64,000 bases of DNA from Nostoc sp. (GTDB lineage: Bacteria > Cyanobacteriota > Cyanobacteriia > Cyanobacteriales > Nostocaceae). The notes beneath the pieces were generated by a model. That model saw only the letters and a list, made by a program, of their open reading frames with translations. It was not told the origin of the DNA and ran no database searches. Shown piece after piece: positions 45,757-57,871 of this stretch (its first letter is position 1; the number at the start of each line of letters is the position of its first letter). The DNA lies in assembly GCA_036918135.1 (NCBI GenBank), contig JBALDB010000009.1, positions 32,001 to 96,000 of the forward strand, written 5' to 3'. Made by a program: the position numbers and the translations under genes.

Positions 45757-47130
45757 TTAACTTTGGGTCACAGGCTCTTTCGCCAAAAACTTCTCTAATT
45801 CTGTCAGCGCATCTGCATCAACTTTAGTTTGCATTGGGCAGAACTTCGGGCCGCACATCGAGCAAAACTCGGCAGTTTTATAGATGTCTGCTGGCAGAGT
45901 TTCGTCATGATATTCCTTAGCTCTTTCCGGGTCGAGTGCTAATTCAAACTGACGGTTCCAATCGAAGTTGTAACGCGCTTGGGAAAGTTCATCGTCTCTA
46001 TCCCTTGCACCAGGGCGATGTCTAGCAATATCCGCCGCGTGAGCTGCTATTTTGTAGGCAATCAACCCGTTCCGCACATCTTCGGCATTTGGTAATCCCA
46101 AATGTTCTTTCGGTGTCACATAGCACAACATTGCTGTACCGTACCATCCTGCCATCGCTGCCCCGATCGCTGAAGTAATATGGTCATAGCCAGGAGCAAT
46201 GTCTGTTACCAATGGCCCTAACACATAGAAAGGTGCTTCAGAACACTCTTCCATCTGCTTGCGGACGTTAAATTCAATTTGATCCATTGGTACGTGTCCA
46301 GGCCCTTCTACCATCACCTGTACATTATCTTCCCAAGCTTTGCGAGTAAGCTGTCCCAAGGTTTTCAATTCAGCCAATTGTGCCGCATCTGAGGCATCAT
46401 GGGTACAGCCAGGACGCAGGGAATCTCCTAAACTGAAGCAGACATCGTATCTTTTGAAAATCTCAATAATGTCCCGGAAGTGGGTATAAAGCGGGTTTTG
46501 TTTATGGTGATGTAGCATCCACCGTGCCAGAATACCGCCACCGCGAGAAACAATACCAGTGATGCGGCTTCTTACCAAAGGCAAATGTTCAATTAAAATC
46601 CCAGCATGGATGGTTTGGTAGTCTACCCCTTGCTGGGCGTGTTTTTCAATAATATGAAGAAAGTCATCAGCAGTCAGCTTTTCAATTGTGCCGTGGACAC
46701 TTTCTAAAGCTTGGTAAACTGGCACTGTACCAATGGGAACTGGGGAAGCCTTAATAATAGCGGTACGAATTTCATCCAAATTCCCGCCACCTGTAGACAA
46801 GTCCATCACAGTATCAGCACCGTACTTCACCGCCAGATTTAGCTTATCCACTTCTTCCTGAAGATTGGAAGAGTTGGGTGATGCGCCGATATTAGCATTT
46901 ACCTTACATTTAGAGGCGATGCCAATAGCCATTGGCTCTAGATTTGTGTGATTAATGTTAGCCGGAATAATCATTCGTCCCCGCGCTACTTCCTCACGAA
47001 TGAGATCGGCCGGGAGATTTTCCCGGTGGGCGACGTAGTGCATTTCTTCAGTGATAACACCTTGGCGTGCATAATGCATTTGAGATACATTACTCTGCCC
47101 ACGCCGCTTAGCAACCCATTCTGTTCGCAT
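45757..47130 (-). CDS. thiC: Phosphomethylpyrimidine synthase
   Basis: [45 protein letters not shown]. Confidence 0.98.
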   Translation of the reverse strand: MRTEWVAKRRGQSNVSQMHYARQGVITEEMHYVAHRENLPADLIREEVARGRMIIPANINHTNLEPMAIGIASKCKVNANIGASPNSSNLQEEVDKLNLAVKYGADTVMDLSTGGGNLDEIRTAIIKASPVPIGTVPVYQALESVHGTIEKLTADDFLHIIEKHAQQGVDYQTIHAGILIEHLPLVRSRITGIVSRGGGILARWMLHHHKQNPLYTHFRDIIEIFKRYDVCFSLGDSLRPGCTHDASDAAQLAELKTLGQLTRKAWEDNVQVMVEGPGHVPMDQIEFNVRKQMEECSEAPFYVLGPLVTDIAPGYDHITSAIGAAMAGWYGTAMLCYVTPKEHLGLPNAEDVRNGLIAYKIAAHAADIARHRPGARDRDDELSQARYNFDWNRQFELALDPERAKEYHDETLPADIYKTAEFCSMCGPKFCPMQTKVDADALTELEKFLAKEPVTQS

Positions 47131-47146
47131 ATTGAATTCCTCGATA

Positions 47147-47232
47147 AACAGCTTCCCTCCGCTGGTATTACCCAGACTCAGGTGTTAAGGGTGTGATCTC
47201 AGCCTGATAATGTAGGCACCCCTAGCATGGTT
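47147..47232 (-). ncRNA. TPP riboswitch
   Basis: Minus strand CTAGGGGTGCC...GGCTGAGA...ACCCTT..ACCTGA.TCTGGGTAATACCAGCGGAGGGAAG directly upstream of thiC. Confidence 0.95.
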
Positions 47233-47403
47233 GTTGATTGTAGCACTTTACTTAAGGTCGCGAGGAAAGGTGTTAACAATTCCTGAGGTGAGCGATAATT
47301 TGTAATTGCGTTGGGGCGATCGCTATTAGAGGATAGGTCTAAGATTAACTTGTATCAGTAGATAACAGAGTTTAAAGAAGTTAAATTCACCAGATTGACT
47401 TTA

Positions 47404-48010
47404 ATGACATATATCTCCCCAAAAACGCTGACATTTGAAGATTTTCTCTCCCAATACCGAGACAATCCCCGCTATGAACTAGCAGACGGAGAACTAATTG
47501 ACATGGAACCAACTGGCCCTCACGAAACGGTGAGTGGCAAACTCGCAACCCAAATTGGGATCTACCTTGTTGCAGAACAACTCCCCTGGTTCATTCCTCG
47601 CACTTGTTTAATTTACCCGTTTGCGGATACAGCTACAGCTCGTCGTCCTGATCTCGTGGTTCTCGATGAAACCGTTCTCCACCGCGAACCCCTTTGGGAA
47701 CGAGAACCCGTAATTACTCTTGGACGCTCAATTAAACTGGTTGTGGAAGTTGTTAGCACCAACTGGGAAACGGACTATGCCCGGAAAGTTGAAGAATATG
47801 CACTTTTAGGGATTCGGTGAATATTGGATTGTCGATTATCGAGGATTGGGTGGTGTGGCATTTATTGGTAAACCCAAACAACCTACGTTCACTGTTTGTC
47901 AACTAATTGAAGATACTTATACTCAACAACAATACCGACTAAACCAATCAATTAATTCACCGCTTTTGCCCCATCTTCAACTTCGCTTAGATGACGTTCT
48001 GCCTCGTTAA
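47404..48010 (+). pseudogene. Uma2-family endonuclease with a frameshift
   Basis: Frame stops at LGIR* (47820); the +1 frame continues GEYWIVDYRGLGG...LRLDDVLPR* to 48010. Confidence 0.8.
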
Positions 48011-48432
48011 ATATTAAGTGCAGAAAAAAATTTAGAAGCGTAGGAGCAAAGCGGTTTGTCGCTAGACATCGCCTCATTTACATTTATCACCAAAAGTGCG
48101 TAGGCGTAGCCTGGCGTAGGCATCGCCATTGGATTTTGGTAACCTTTATTATAAATCTCAAATATTAGGATATCAAGAATAGCTGTTGTTATAAAGCGAT
48201 GGTTGTTTTGAGTGCGTGAATTACTTACATTAATTAGCAAACAGGCAGATTGAGAAATTAATTTGCCTGTTTTCTTCCCCAAAATATCAAAATCACAAAG
48301 CAAAAGCTTATTTGACTTGCGGAAAACACCAAAATCAGAAAGCAAACTGGGGTTTGAGAAAGCATTTTAATAAAATGAGAAAGTATCGCTGCAAGCCCCG
48401 ATAGATATCTTCATCGCTATCAAAAATGCTTA

Positions 48433-48601
48433 ATATCATGTCCGGTTAAATACTTATGATATCTGTGAGGGTTGGTAATGGGTAATGGGTAATGTGGAAT
48501 AAAAATACAGTTTAACTCTTCCCTCTTCCCTAATTCCCAATGACCTATTACCAATTACCAGCAACACCAACATATTGTAAGTAATTAGCCGAACTTGATA
48601 T
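48433..48601 (-). repeat. Dispersed repeat family A, copy 2 (inverted)
   Basis: ATATCATGTCCGGTT...TTAGCCGAACTTGATAT. Confidence 0.8.
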
Positions 48602-48635
48602 AACACAACGACTTGGGTGTGTTTGAGATTTAGCA

Positions 48636-48752
48636 TAAGTAAGTCGGCACAATAAAACCAAACTATGTGAAAAAAAATTAACTAGGCTAAAACCCTTTTC
48701 CCTCCTGCCTCCTGCCTCATCTCAACGATAAATTTTCCCACCTACCTACTTA
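48636..48752 (+). repeat. Dispersed repeat family B, copy 2
   Basis: TAAGTAAGTCGG...AATAAAACCAAACT...CCTACCTACTTA. Confidence 0.65.
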
Positions 48753-48868
48753 GATAGCAGCGATCGCACCAGTACTTCGCTCTTAGGCATCCGCAAATCC
48801 ATCAGTGCCACATTGGGCCAATCTTTGCGGAAAAGTTCTAACGCTTGTTGGCGATTGCAGGCATATCC
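48751..48868 (-). pseudogene. Response-regulator receiver (NarL-type) remnant
   Basis: GYACNRQQALELFRKDWPNVALMDLRMP, then frameshifted GAIAAI*. Confidence 0.7.
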
Positions 48869-49510
48869 ATAACTAGTTAGGAAAAATACTTAAGTAAACG
48901 GCAATTTTGAAAACTCTATCTTTAGGGAGATGTTTATTTTATAATTTTTTATACTTTAAACTGAGATAACTACAATCAAATGAAAACAATTTCCGGACTT
49001 ACATCAGATACATGGTGGTTATTGTTGAGCTTAAATAGAAGCAATGCCTATGACGGGCTGTTCGGTAACGCGCAGAATATAGCTGTGTCCCTAGTGCATC
49101 TGCACGAAAAACAGCATATATAAGCATAATTTCTGATATTTGAATAAAATTCTACTTTCGTGTAATTTGCTCAGATTTAAAATTAGAGTCACTGCAAAGC
49201 ATTGCCTGCTATCGATCGGAACTTAAAAAACAACAGTAGCGTAGGGGAGTTTTTTGATTGAGTGAAGTGGCTCTCAAAAGTCACAAATTTAATGGATAAT
49301 AACAGTTAGCTCTATTCCTGTCAACCTATGTAAAATTGTTGGCAAATTCTTCAGGCAGTGGGAACTAGGAACTGGGGGGACAAAAAGGAGAATAACTCCT
49401 AACTTCCAATTCCAATACTTCTAACTCTGCACTCTTGCAAAATAGAGAGTGCAAAGAGAAAAGCCAAGATTCTATGAGTCACTTTGACTTTTGCAACACA
49501 AGCGTATTTG

Positions 49511-51457
49511 ATGGCTAAATCAATTGTTTCAAAAAAACGGCTCAGCAAACAGTTTATCCGCTGGTTGCTGGAAGAAGATAGACGAAAGCGGCAAGGGCGT
49601 TACCACAAGGAAGAATCACATCGCCAGCATCCTTGGTGGCAGGTAATGTGCTTGACTGGTGTAGATTATTTCTCGACCCTTGGCTATCAGCCTGGGATTG
49701 CAGCACTGGCTGCTGGCGCTCTTTCTCCTGTGGCGACGCTGATTCTAGTTTTGCTAACGCTGTTTGGCGCATTGCCCATCTATCGGCGCATTGCTGCCGA
49801 AAGCAATCATGGGGAAGGGTCGATCGCTATGTTAGAGCGTTTGCTCTCGTGGTGGCAAGGCAAATTACTTGTACTGTGCCTACTGGGGTTTGTGGCAACG
49901 GACTTTATTATCACAATTACGCTGTCGGCTGCTGATGCTACAGCCCATATTATCGAAAATCCCCTGGCTGCAAATTGGGTTCACAATCAGGCGATCGCTA
50001 TTACTCTGATATTAATTGCATTACTAGGCGCAGTTTTCCTCAAAGGTTTTAAAGAAGCGATTGGGATTGCAGTGTTTTTAGTGGCAGTTTATCTGCTGTT
50101 AAACTTTATTGTGGTTGGCGTTGGTTTCTATCAAATCCTAACTCACCCACAAGCGCTCCCTAACTGGCAAGCTGCATTGTTTAGTCGCCATTCTAATCCT
50201 TTGATACTAGTTGGTGTATCTCTGCTCGTATTCCCCAAGTTAGCATTGGGATTGTCAGGTTTTGAAACTGGGGTCACAGTTATGCCCCTAGTCAAAGGTT
50301 GCAGCAGCGACACTTTCCACCATCCTAAAGCTAGGATTCAGAATACACGCAAGCTGCTTACAACCGCTGCTGTAATAATGAGCTTCTTTTTACTCACTAC
50401 CAGTTTTATAACTACTCTACTAATTCCCGCCGCAGAATTTGCCCAAGGAGGTAAAGCCAACGGACGTGCCCTTGCTTATTTGGCACATCTGTATTTTGGT
50501 AATACCTTTGGTACAATTTACGATTTAAGCACTATTTCCATTTTGTGGTTTGCAGGTGCATCCGCAATGGCAGGGCTACTAAATATTGTGCCTCGTTACT
50601 TGCCACGCTATGGCATGGCACCGAATTGGGCACGAGTCAGCCGACCTTTAGTGTTAGTCTATACAGCGATCGCTTTTGTTGTCACAATTATCTTCCGAGC
50701 TAATGTGGAAGCTCAAGGTGGGGCTTACGCAACTGGGGTACTAGTGTTGATTACTTCAGCCGCCTTTGCTGTCACTTTATCAGCTCGCCGTCACAAAGAG
50801 AAGCGCGCAACTTTTGTCTTTGGAATTATTACAGTGTTATTTGTGTATACCACTGTTGTTAATATTATCGAAAGACCAGAAGGGATTCGGATTGCTGCAT
50901 GTTTTATCGGTGCGATTATTTTCACTTCCCTAATTTCTCGCGTTTGGCGTTCAACTGAACTGCGAGTTGAGCGAATTGAGATTGATGATAATGCCCAACA
51001 GTTCATTGCTGAAGAAAGCCAAGGGGCAATACGAATAATTGCAAATCGGTTGAATACAGGCGATGTCCTAGAGTATTTTTTAAAAGAGAAAGAAGTGCGT
51101 GATGACAATCACATTCCACCCGACGATCCAATTCTGTTTCTAGAAATTAAGGTGTCAGATGCTTCGGAATTTGCTGAGGTGGTAAAAGTAAAAGGGCTAC
51201 AAGTTGGCGATTACCGCATCTTACGTGCCGAAAGTGCAGCAGTACCGAATGCGATCGCAGCTTTACTATTGTATATTCGCGACCAAACAGGTAAGATTCC
51301 CCATGCTTACTTCGGCTGGGTCGAGGGAAACCCCATACAATACTTACTGCGTTTTATTTTATTTGGTGAAGGCGATATTGCTGTGATTACCCGTGAAGTC
51401 GTGCGTCGCGCTGAAAAAGATCCTGAAAGGCGTCCTGGTATCCATGTTGGGGGATGA
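49511..51457 (+). CDS. APC-family amino acid/cation permease
   Basis: [35 protein letters not shown]; many TM segments. Confidence 0.85.
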   Translation: MAKSIVSKKRLSKQFIRWLLEEDRRKRQGRYHKEESHRQHPWWQVMCLTGVDYFSTLGYQPGIAALAAGALSPVATLILVLLTLFGALPIYRRIAAESNHGEGSIAMLERLLSWWQGKLLVLCLLGFVATDFIITITLSAADATAHIIENPLAANWVHNQAIAITLILIALLGAVFLKGFKEAIGIAVFLVAVYLLLNFIVVGVGFYQILTHPQALPNWQAALFSRHSNPLILVGVSLLVFPKLALGLSGFETGVTVMPLVKGCSSDTFHHPKARIQNTRKLLTTAAVIMSFFLLTTSFITTLLIPAAEFAQGGKANGRALAYLAHLYFGNTFGTIYDLSTISILWFAGASAMAGLLNIVPRYLPRYGMAPNWARVSRPLVLVYTAIAFVVTIIFRANVEAQGGAYATGVLVLITSAAFAVTLSARRHKEKRATFVFGIITVLFVYTTVVNIIERPEGIRIAACFIGAIIFTSLISRVWRSTELRVERIEIDDNAQQFIAEESQGAIRIIANRLNTGDVLEYFLKEKEVRDDNHIPPDDPILFLEIKVSDASEFAEVVKVKGLQVGDYRILRAESAAVPNAIAALLLYIRDQTGKIPHAYFGWVEGNPIQYLLRFILFGEGDIAVITREVVRRAEKDPERRPGIHVGG

Positions 51458-51615
51458 GGAAAGACGCTCTAGCGCAGGGACAACAGAATTTGATATTGGC
51501 AGATAAAATTTTGCACTTTGACTATACTGATTCTGCTAATAGGGGGTCTGCATTCAATCACACCCCCCATTTTTCTCTCTCGTCGGCGTATTTAGTCTTA
51601 ACTCCGAACTACTAT

Positions 51616-52056
51616 CTATTTAAAAGCATCTTTGAGGCCTTCAACAGCGCGTTCAACAACATTTTTGGTATTGTCTATCGCTGTCTGTGTGCGATCTGCA
51701 TCTTGGTCTGCTCTTTCCTGGATTCGAGCTGCATCTCTTTGCGCTTTGCGCCCAATAAAGCTACCATTATCTGTTGCGTCATCTACTTTATTGGCATTGG
51801 TCTTCGCTGTTTCCTTGAGCTTGTCTCGTGTTTCTTGAACGAAACCCTTGGTTCGTCCAGCATCTTCACTAGCTTTGCTTTTAGCATCGTCGAGATCTGC
51901 GGCTGCGATTAAGTTGGTTGTAGGACTAGCCATCGCTGAGTTGTTGACAAAAAATCCACCATGCCAGATAAAAGCGATCGCTGATACACAAAACAATCCT
52001 GTAGCTATCCAGCGTCCTAGAGTAGAGAGTCCTTTTGTAAAATAATTCAGTTTCAT
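51616..52056 (-). CDS. Secreted or membrane-anchored hydrophilic (LEA-like) protein
   Basis: Signal-like N-terminus; A/D/K-rich helical body. Confidence 0.65.
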   Translation of the reverse strand: MKLNYFTKGLSTLGRWIATGLFCVSAIAFIWHGGFFVNNSAMASPTTNLIAAADLDDAKSKASEDAGRTKGFVQETRDKLKETAKTNANKVDDATDNGSFIGRKAQRDAARIQERADQDADRTQTAIDNTKNVVERAVEGLKDAFK

Positions 52057-52680
52057 AGAACACAATGTCCATTTGCTTTAGCATTCTATATTTACTTCAT
52101 CTGGTTTAAGTACTAAATCGCTCCCTAGATAGAGGTTTTCTTATCATAAGTTATTAAAAAAATTCGTTCTTCTAATAGATTGAAATAGTATTTAGTTAAG
52201 CCTAAAGTTGATAGTCAGATATTTCAACATTATGCTATATTTTGTTATTCATGAAAATTAAATAATTGAAGTTGAAATTCTAGCATCATATTCATATTTA
52301 ATACTATAAATAAATGATTAAACTCTAATTTGCAAATTAGAGAGTAAAATTTTGGATAATTTGGCGTCAACTGAGAGTTTGTTCGCAAATATTTTCTAAG
52401 TGCGATCGCATTTGATTATTAAATAATACAGAATTTAAATAAATTTTGACTTTGGCTAATCCATCTTTTATTTAAATTCAAAGGTACGCAGAGATTAAAA
52501 CAGAGCATCACTGTCGATTTTCAGCATTTTTTAAATATCCAACTCAATTGGATAGTTCAATTTTGAGGTAGCCGCAACCACTATTATTCCTTCGACACCC
52601 AGGTTTAATACCTCCGATTTTTCAGTTACTAATTCGCCTAATAGTGGAAAAATTAGAGGTACAGCTGTCTGTATGCAACG

Positions 52681-53619
52681 CTAATGATTAAGCTGATTGT
52701 TTGGATATTCATGATTTATAACTACAGACGATCCTGCTGTTGCTATTTCTTCTTGGGCTTGTATTTGCAGTAGTTCCGGTATTGTCACAAATCTATAACC
52801 TTGCGCCTTTAAACCGTCGATAATTTGCGGTAAAGCTTTGACAGTCCGAGAACGATTACCGCCACCATCGTGCATTAATACAATTGCCCCTGGTTTGGCA
52901 TCTTTTAGCACGTTTTTGACCATTCTTGGTACTTGAGGCGAACGACGTTGAGCGTCTCCCGACTCTTCTGACCACATCATAACAGTATACCCGTGACTTT
53001 TAGCGTAGTCGGCTAATCCATTATTCAAAAAGCCACCAGGGGGACGAAACAGAGTAGTTTTCACTCCCGTAGTCTGAAAAATGATGTCTGCTGTACTATT
53101 TATTTCATTAGCCGCAGTAGCTACATCCATATGACGATACCAATGATGCCATGTATGGTTGCCAATTACTTCACCATCGGCTGCAACTTGCCTAGCAACC
53201 AGGGGAAAATATTTCACCATTTGCCCAATCATAAAAAACGTAGCTTTAATCTGATTTTTCTGTAAAATCTCCAATATTTGTGCTGTATTTTTAGGGCCTG
53301 GGCCATCATCAAAAGTGAGGGCGATAACTTTCTCATTTGCTTGAAGTTTCGCTTGATAAATCACTGTTCCCTGAAATTTATTTGGCACTTTATTTATTAG
53401 ATTTGTTGCTAATGAAGCTTGTGTAGATGCAGTCATTGACTTCTGTTGACTTACTTTCTTACTGTCGCTTTTTGGCTGTTGAATTCCTAATAGATGATTA
53501 GGTTTGATTGCACCCAAAAGTAGACTGATAGCTAAACTACTAGCACCAGTAATCAATGTAATAATTAGCAATTTTAAAATTACGGATAATTTCTGATTGG
53601 ACACATTAAATCTCCTCAA
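52681..53619 (-). CDS. Polysaccharide deacetylase (NodB/CE4)
   Basis: ALTFDDGP, ATFF, GNHTWHH, FRPPGG, IVLMHDGG. Confidence 0.95.
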   Translation of the reverse strand: MRRFNVSNQKLSVILKLLIITLITGASSLAISLLLGAIKPNHLLGIQQPKSDSKKVSQQKSMTASTQASLATNLINKVPNKFQGTVIYQAKLQANEKVIALTFDDGPGPKNTAQILEILQKNQIKATFFMIGQMVKYFPLVARQVAADGEVIGNHTWHHWYRHMDVATAANEINSTADIIFQTTGVKTTLFRPPGGFLNNGLADYAKSHGYTVMMWSEESGDAQRRSPQVPRMVKNVLKDAKPGAIVLMHDGGGNRSRTVKALPQIIDGLKAQGYRFVTIPELLQIQAQEEIATAGSSVVINHEYPNNQLNH

Positions 53620-53709
53620 ATTTGTGATTTTTCATTATACCCAATACTGTAATTAATGAGTGATAATCGCTAGTAACAGAGATTGATAGATGAAATTAAC
53701 TTATATTTT

Positions 53710-54333
53710 TTACTTCTTCGCTTGTATAACTTGCAAACTACCACCTGCATACAAAGTTGGCTTACCCACCTCAAACCCAGTTTGTGCCAACAAACCAGGT
53801 AAATCAGTTTTTAACAATTCCCAAGCTGTTTGTGTCTCAAACAACAACAAAAATACTGATACCCCAGGCCAAAATATCGGATTTGTCGGGGCGTGAAAAT
53901 CTACGAGTGTAAATACCCCTCCTGGCTTTAACACCCGATAAACCTGATGAATAATCTTTCGTAATTGCTGAGGTTGCATTTCGTGTAGTGCAATACTAGT
54001 ATGCACCACATCAAACAGATTATCTGCAAATGGCATTTCTTCTGCAAAAGCTTCTACATATGAAGCTAATGGTACATTTTGCCGCGCTCGTTGCAAAGAA
54101 AAGGGTGAAGCATCCAGCCCTGTTACATTTTGTGAAAGTTTTACCAAAAATTGCGTTGCTTGACCACTGCCGCAACATAAATCTAGAATCTGAGTATCTG
54201 AGTCAATTGTTAAGCGTTGCAAAGCAAGTTGCCGAAAACGGGCTTCGCCACCTATACTCAAGGCTGCCAAACGAGAAATACTATCATAAAACCACTGATA
54301 GCGGTAACTCCAATCTCTTAAAATTGTTGCCAT
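53710..54333 (-). CDS. Class I SAM-dependent methyltransferase
   Basis: ILDLCCGSG, GLDAS, ALHEM, RVLKPGG. Confidence 0.9.
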   Translation of the reverse strand: MATILRDWSYRYQWFYDSISRLAALSIGGEARFRQLALQRLTIDSDTQILDLCCGSGQATQFLVKLSQNVTGLDASPFSLQRARQNVPLASYVEAFAEEMPFADNLFDVVHTSIALHEMQPQQLRKIIHQVYRVLKPGGVFTLVDFHAPTNPIFWPGVSVFLLLFETQTAWELLKTDLPGLLAQTGFEVGKPTLYAGGSLQVIQAKK

Positions 54334-54426
54334 TGCATATTTCCTTGCTATTAAGCTTTATATTTAATAAAGATATATTGTTAACATTAGTAAAAAACCT
54401 GAAAAGATTGGGGGAAAGTAACTGCT

Positions 54427-55593
54427 ATGGGTCGTGTAGGCGTCTTATTACTCAATCTCGGTGGCCCTGATAAGCTAGAGGATGTCGGGCCGTTTTTGTA
54501 CAACCTATTTTCCGATCCGGAAATTATTCGCCTACCGTTTCGTTGGTTGCAAAAGCCCCTAGCCTGGTTTATTGCCACGCGGCGAACCAGAACATCTCAA
54601 GAAAACTATAAGCAAATCGGTGGTGGTTCACCACTGCGGCAAATTACGGAAGCCCAAGGAGAAGCCCTAAAAGAACAGTTGGGTTATTTGGGTCAAGAAG
54701 CCAAAATTTATGTGGGAATGCGTTATTGGCATCCGTATACAGAAGAGGCGATCGCACAACTCACCCAAGATAATGTAGAACACCTGGTAATCTTACCACT
54801 TTATCCCCAGTTTTCTATCAGTACCAGTGGTTCTAGCTTCCGGCTTTTAGAAAAGCTTTGGCAAGAAGATGCCAAACTTCAACGCATTGATTACACCGTA
54901 ATTCCTTCCTGGTATAAACAACCAGGCTACCTCCAAGCAATAGCGGAACTTATAGCCCAAGAACTCGACCAATTTTCTAATCCTGACGAGGTTCATATCT
55001 TCTTCAGCGCTCACGGGGTTCCGAAAAGTTATGTTGAAGAAGCAGGCGACCCCTACCAACAAGAAATTGAGGAATGTACTGCCTTAATTATGCAGACCCT
55101 CAATCGACCCAATGTCCACACCTTGGCTTATCAAAGTCGCGTTGGCCCAGTAGAATGGCTGCAACCTTATACTGAAGATGCTCTTAAAGAACTAGCTGCC
55201 CAAGGCGTGAAAGATTTGGTAGTCGTGCCCATCAGTTTTGTCTCAGAACACATTGAGACATTACAAGAAATTGATATTGAGTATCGAGAAGTCGCAGAAG
55301 AAGCAGGAATTCATAACTTCCGTCGCGTACCTGCTCCCAATACCCATCCAGTATTTATTAATGCACTGGCGGAATTAGTAATTGATGCGCTTCAAAAACC
55401 CAGTTTCAAGTTGTCGCAAGCAGCCCAAATGAAAAAAATGGTGAAAATGTATCCCCAAGAGCGTTGGGAGTGGGGTCTAACTACTAGTGCTGAAGTCTGG
55501 AATGGTCGCATTGCTATGCTTGGCTTCATTGCCTTAATCATCGAGCTGATTACCGGTCACGGGGTATTGCATATGATTGGGATTTTGCAGTAA
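54427..55593 (+). CDS. hemH: Ferrochelatase with C-terminal CAB domain
   Basis: [42 protein letters not shown]. Confidence 0.98.
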   Translation: MGRVGVLLLNLGGPDKLEDVGPFLYNLFSDPEIIRLPFRWLQKPLAWFIATRRTRTSQENYKQIGGGSPLRQITEAQGEALKEQLGYLGQEAKIYVGMRYWHPYTEEAIAQLTQDNVEHLVILPLYPQFSISTSGSSFRLLEKLWQEDAKLQRIDYTVIPSWYKQPGYLQAIAELIAQELDQFSNPDEVHIFFSAHGVPKSYVEEAGDPYQQEIEECTALIMQTLNRPNVHTLAYQSRVGPVEWLQPYTEDALKELAAQGVKDLVVVPISFVSEHIETLQEIDIEYREVAEEAGIHNFRRVPAPNTHPVFINALAELVIDALQKPSFKLSQAAQMKKMVKMYPQERWEWGLTTSAEVWNGRIAMLGFIALIIELITGHGVLHMIGILQ

Positions 55594-55595
55594 AG

Positions 55596-55712
55596 GGGAC
55601 TGGGAGTATTGACTGGGACTGGGTACTGTGGACTAGGTACTGGCAAAGAGGTAGAGAAGCACAGGAGGCAAAGGGAGAATAATCCCTAATCCTTAATCCC
55701 CAGTCCCCAATC
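55596..55712. repeat. Heptamer-type short tandem repeats (STRR-like)
   Basis: GGGACTG/GGTACTG and CCCTAAT/CCCAGTC runs between convergent genes. Confidence 0.55.
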
Positions 55713-56247
55713 TCCGCCAATACCAGTCATACCACTGCTTGGCGCTACGAACTGCAAACCATAAAAGAATTAAAGCAATTAATCCTCCTTGCCAGGGAGC
55801 ATCAAAGGCAAAAAGTACCAGAGCAATACATAAGGTATCTTGAAGAAACACTGCCCACAACGGTAAGCCGCGTAACCGATAGAACCAACCAACTTGAACT
55901 AGCTGGAGTACTAAAGCTAACAAACCCCCAATTAAGGCAATCAACCAGTTTGGTGTTGCTGTGGCAGAAGCTACTGCTAATCCCATAATTGCCCCTGCGA
56001 GGGGAGACATTAATAACTGAATCAGTTGTAGCAATCTTTGCCCCCATAGCTTTTTTGAGGCTAATAATTCAATTAACGACCAACTGGTAAGGCAGGCTAA
56101 TAGTATTGGTTCAGAAATGTGAGATAAAATTGGAACTTGCGACCACAAGCTACTACCCTGCAACAATCCAATAATTAGCAAAGGTATGCCTATTCTTATT
56201 CCTGCTGCCGCAGAGGCAGAGAGTGTGGCTAGAATTTCAATCATCAA
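55693..56247 (-). CDS. DUF4126 membrane protein
   Basis: LSASAAAGIRIGIPLL...IELLASK. Confidence 0.75.
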   Translation of the reverse strand: MMIEILATLSASAAAGIRIGIPLLIIGLLQGSSLWSQVPILSHISEPILLACLTSWSLIELLASKKLWGQRLLQLIQLLMSPLAGAIMGLAVASATATPNWLIALIGGLLALVLQLVQVGWFYRLRGLPLWAVFLQDTLCIALVLFAFDAPWQGGLIALILLWFAVRSAKQWYDWYWRRLGTGD

Positions 56248-56359
56248 AGCACTCGCAGCACGAATAAATAACTAAGTATTTGTTATCTATACTACCCACT
56301 GATGGTGATAATTCTAGCAGCAAACTACAAGTATTCTTTTTTGGAGAATGGGGAGTGGG

Positions 56360-56500
56360 GAGAAGTCTGAGCGGAGGCTTCCTCCGTAGACGCTTTGCAG
56401 CTTGCCGTAGGCATCAGAACTTCTCCTATCAAAGACGCTACGCGAACGGAGGGTTCCCCCTGTTGTTCGCGCAGCGTCTCCGTCAGGAGAAGTAACTGGC
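56360..56500. repeat. Nested short dispersed GC-rich repeats
   Basis: CGGAGGCTTCCTCCG, CGTAGGCATC, GACGCTACGCGAACG...GTTCGCGCAGCGTC. Confidence 0.55.
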
Positions 56501-56535
56501 TCTCAACAGTCAGTACTCCCAATGACCAATGAAAC

Positions 56536-57831
56536 CTAAATACCTAGCCGTTGATAAATGTCTTCTAAATGGCGTAGGTGTTGTTGGGGGTCGAAACACA
56601 CCTCTAGTTCCGCTGGAGACAATTTTTGAGTAACACGGGGGTCTTTGCTAATCAAGTCCTGGAAATTGCCTTGTGGCTTGTTCCAAGCAGCGTGAGCGCT
56701 TTCCTGAACGATCGCATAAGCTTCTTCGCGGCTCAATCCCTTGTCTATTAAGGCAAGTAGCACTTTTTGACTGAACACAACGCCGCCGTAGCAGTTCAGA
56801 TTTCGTTCCATGTTCTCAGGATATACCAGCAGGTTTTTGACTAAGTCGGTGATTTCTAACAGCATAAAATGTGTCAAAGTGCAAGTGTCTGGCAAAATTA
56901 CCCGTTCTACGGAACTGTGGGAAATATCCCGTTCGTGCCAAAGGGCGACGTTTTCTAAGGCTGCACCAGCATGGCTTCTCACAAGTCGCGCCATTCCTGT
57001 CAGCCGTTCCGAACGAATGGGATTGCGCTTGTGTGGCATAGCTGAGGAGCCTTTTTGACCTTTGGCGAAGAATTCTTCTACTTCTAGAACGTCTGTTTTT
57101 TGCAGATTGCGAATTTCTACAGCAAAACGTTCGATGGATGCCGCTAATAGCGCTAATTGTTGTACATAGTCGGCGTGGCGATCGCGGGAAATCACTTGTG
57201 TTGAGGCGGTATCCGGTTGCAGTCCGAGTTTTTGGCACGCGATCGCTTCTACACGCGGTTCAACATTTGCATAGGTGCCCACCGCACCAGAAATTTTACC
57301 CACAGCAATGGTTTGACGGAGAATTCTCAGGCGTTCTTGGTGTCGCAAGACTTCTGCCAACCACCCAGCTAGCTTGAAACCAAAAGTGATCGGTTCGGCG
57401 TGAATCCCATGCGATCGACCAATCATCACTGTATGACGATGTTCCTGTGCCTTTTGGCGAATCACACTAATCAAATCTTCCAGACGTTGCAATAACACAT
57501 CTAAACTCGCAACCAATTGCAACCCTAAAGCTGTATCCAAGACATCGGAACTGGTTAGCCCCAAGTGAATATAGCGTCCGGCATCCCCAACATATTCATT
57601 GACATTTGTCAAGAAAGCAATCACATCGTGGCGAACTTCAGCTTCAATTTCTAGCACCCGCTTTGGGTCAAAATCTGCCTTTGCCTTAATTTCTTCAACC
57701 GCAGCAGACGGAATGAAACCTAATTCAGCTTGAGCCTCACAAACTGCGATTTCTACTTGCAGCCAGGTTTTTAACTTATAGGCTTCACTCCACAGATTAC
57801 CCATTTCGGGCAGAGTATAACGCTCAATCAC
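56536..57831 (-). CDS. purB: Adenylosuccinate lyase
   Basis: RHDV, HLGLTSSD, GRSHG, GSSAMPHKRNP, HERDISHS. Confidence 0.98.
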   Translation of the reverse strand: MIERYTLPEMGNLWSEAYKLKTWLQVEIAVCEAQAELGFIPSAAVEEIKAKADFDPKRVLEIEAEVRHDVIAFLTNVNEYVGDAGRYIHLGLTSSDVLDTALGLQLVASLDVLLQRLEDLISVIRQKAQEHRHTVMIGRSHGIHAEPITFGFKLAGWLAEVLRHQERLRILRQTIAVGKISGAVGTYANVEPRVEAIACQKLGLQPDTASTQVISRDRHADYVQQLALLAASIERFAVEIRNLQKTDVLEVEEFFAKGQKGSSAMPHKRNPIRSERLTGMARLVRSHAGAALENVALWHERDISHSSVERVILPDTCTLTHFMLLEITDLVKNLLVYPENMERNLNCYGGVVFSQKVLLALIDKGLSREEAYAIVQESAHAAWNKPQGNFQDLISKDPRVTQKLSPAELEVCFDPQQHLRHLEDIYQRLGI

Positions 57832-57871
57832 AATCTGGCACAGAATACAACCGTCATATTTTACAGTTTAA

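Noticed and set aside
45546..45827. Short ORFs 45546-45827, 48454-48636, 44554-44760, 56280-56522, 58795-59007
   Set aside because: Translations of dispersed repeat DNA
51454..51912. 152-aa plus-strand ORF
   Set aside because: Antisense shadow of 51616-52056 with atypical Cys/Phe-rich composition
54427..55593. Ferrochelatase-CAB fusion as a novelty
   Set aside because: Well-known feature of cyanobacterial HemH
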